Assembly (NCBI RefSeq): GCF_022045235.1
Contig: NW_027266264.1
Location: 62,372,001-62,436,000, forward strand
Length of the DNA stretch: 64,000 nt
Direction of reading: 5' to 3'
Origin: Haliotis cracherodii
Taxonomy: Eukaryota
Positions 63,994 through 64,000 of the stretch are shown here, one piece after another. Each line of letters opens with the position of its first letter. Within the stretch, counting starts at the first letter, position 1. The notes below the pieces were generated by a model. It ran no database searches and was not told the origin of the DNA. It saw only the letters and a list, made by a program, of their open reading frames with translations. The position numbers and the translations under genes are program-made.

Positions 63994-64000
63994 GAAAGAA

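Overview
AT-rich, repeat-dense eukaryotic DNA, most likely mollusc. The SINE families resemble those I recall from gastropods such as abalone (recollection, not a search). I see no intact host gene, rRNA, bona fide tRNA or CRISPR, and nearly all ORFs in the track are spurious or transposon-derived. Two layers are visible. (1) Transposons: four SINE families (many copies with TSDs); five Tc1-like copies, including one near-complete copy with TIRs at 31036-32534; mariner remnants; three R4/Dong-like RLE non-LTR copies; an RTE-X-like LINE nested in a mariner, with a MITE nested in the LINE; a CryptonA tyrosine-recombinase remnant; and several hairpin/MITE elements. (2) The apparently unique DNA between the transposons repeatedly translates, through stops and frameshifts and mostly on the + strand, into C-type lectin (CTL) and PAN/apple-like motifs. 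These often occur as PAN, then a splice acceptor, then CTL(-CTL). Nucleotide-level paralogy (about 6.9-12.9 kb vs 21.3-29.4 kb, plus others) suggests the window is a heavily decayed tandem array of PAN-CTL lectin genes. These domain calls are by-eye motif recognition in degraded sequence and need frameshift-aware HMM confirmation.
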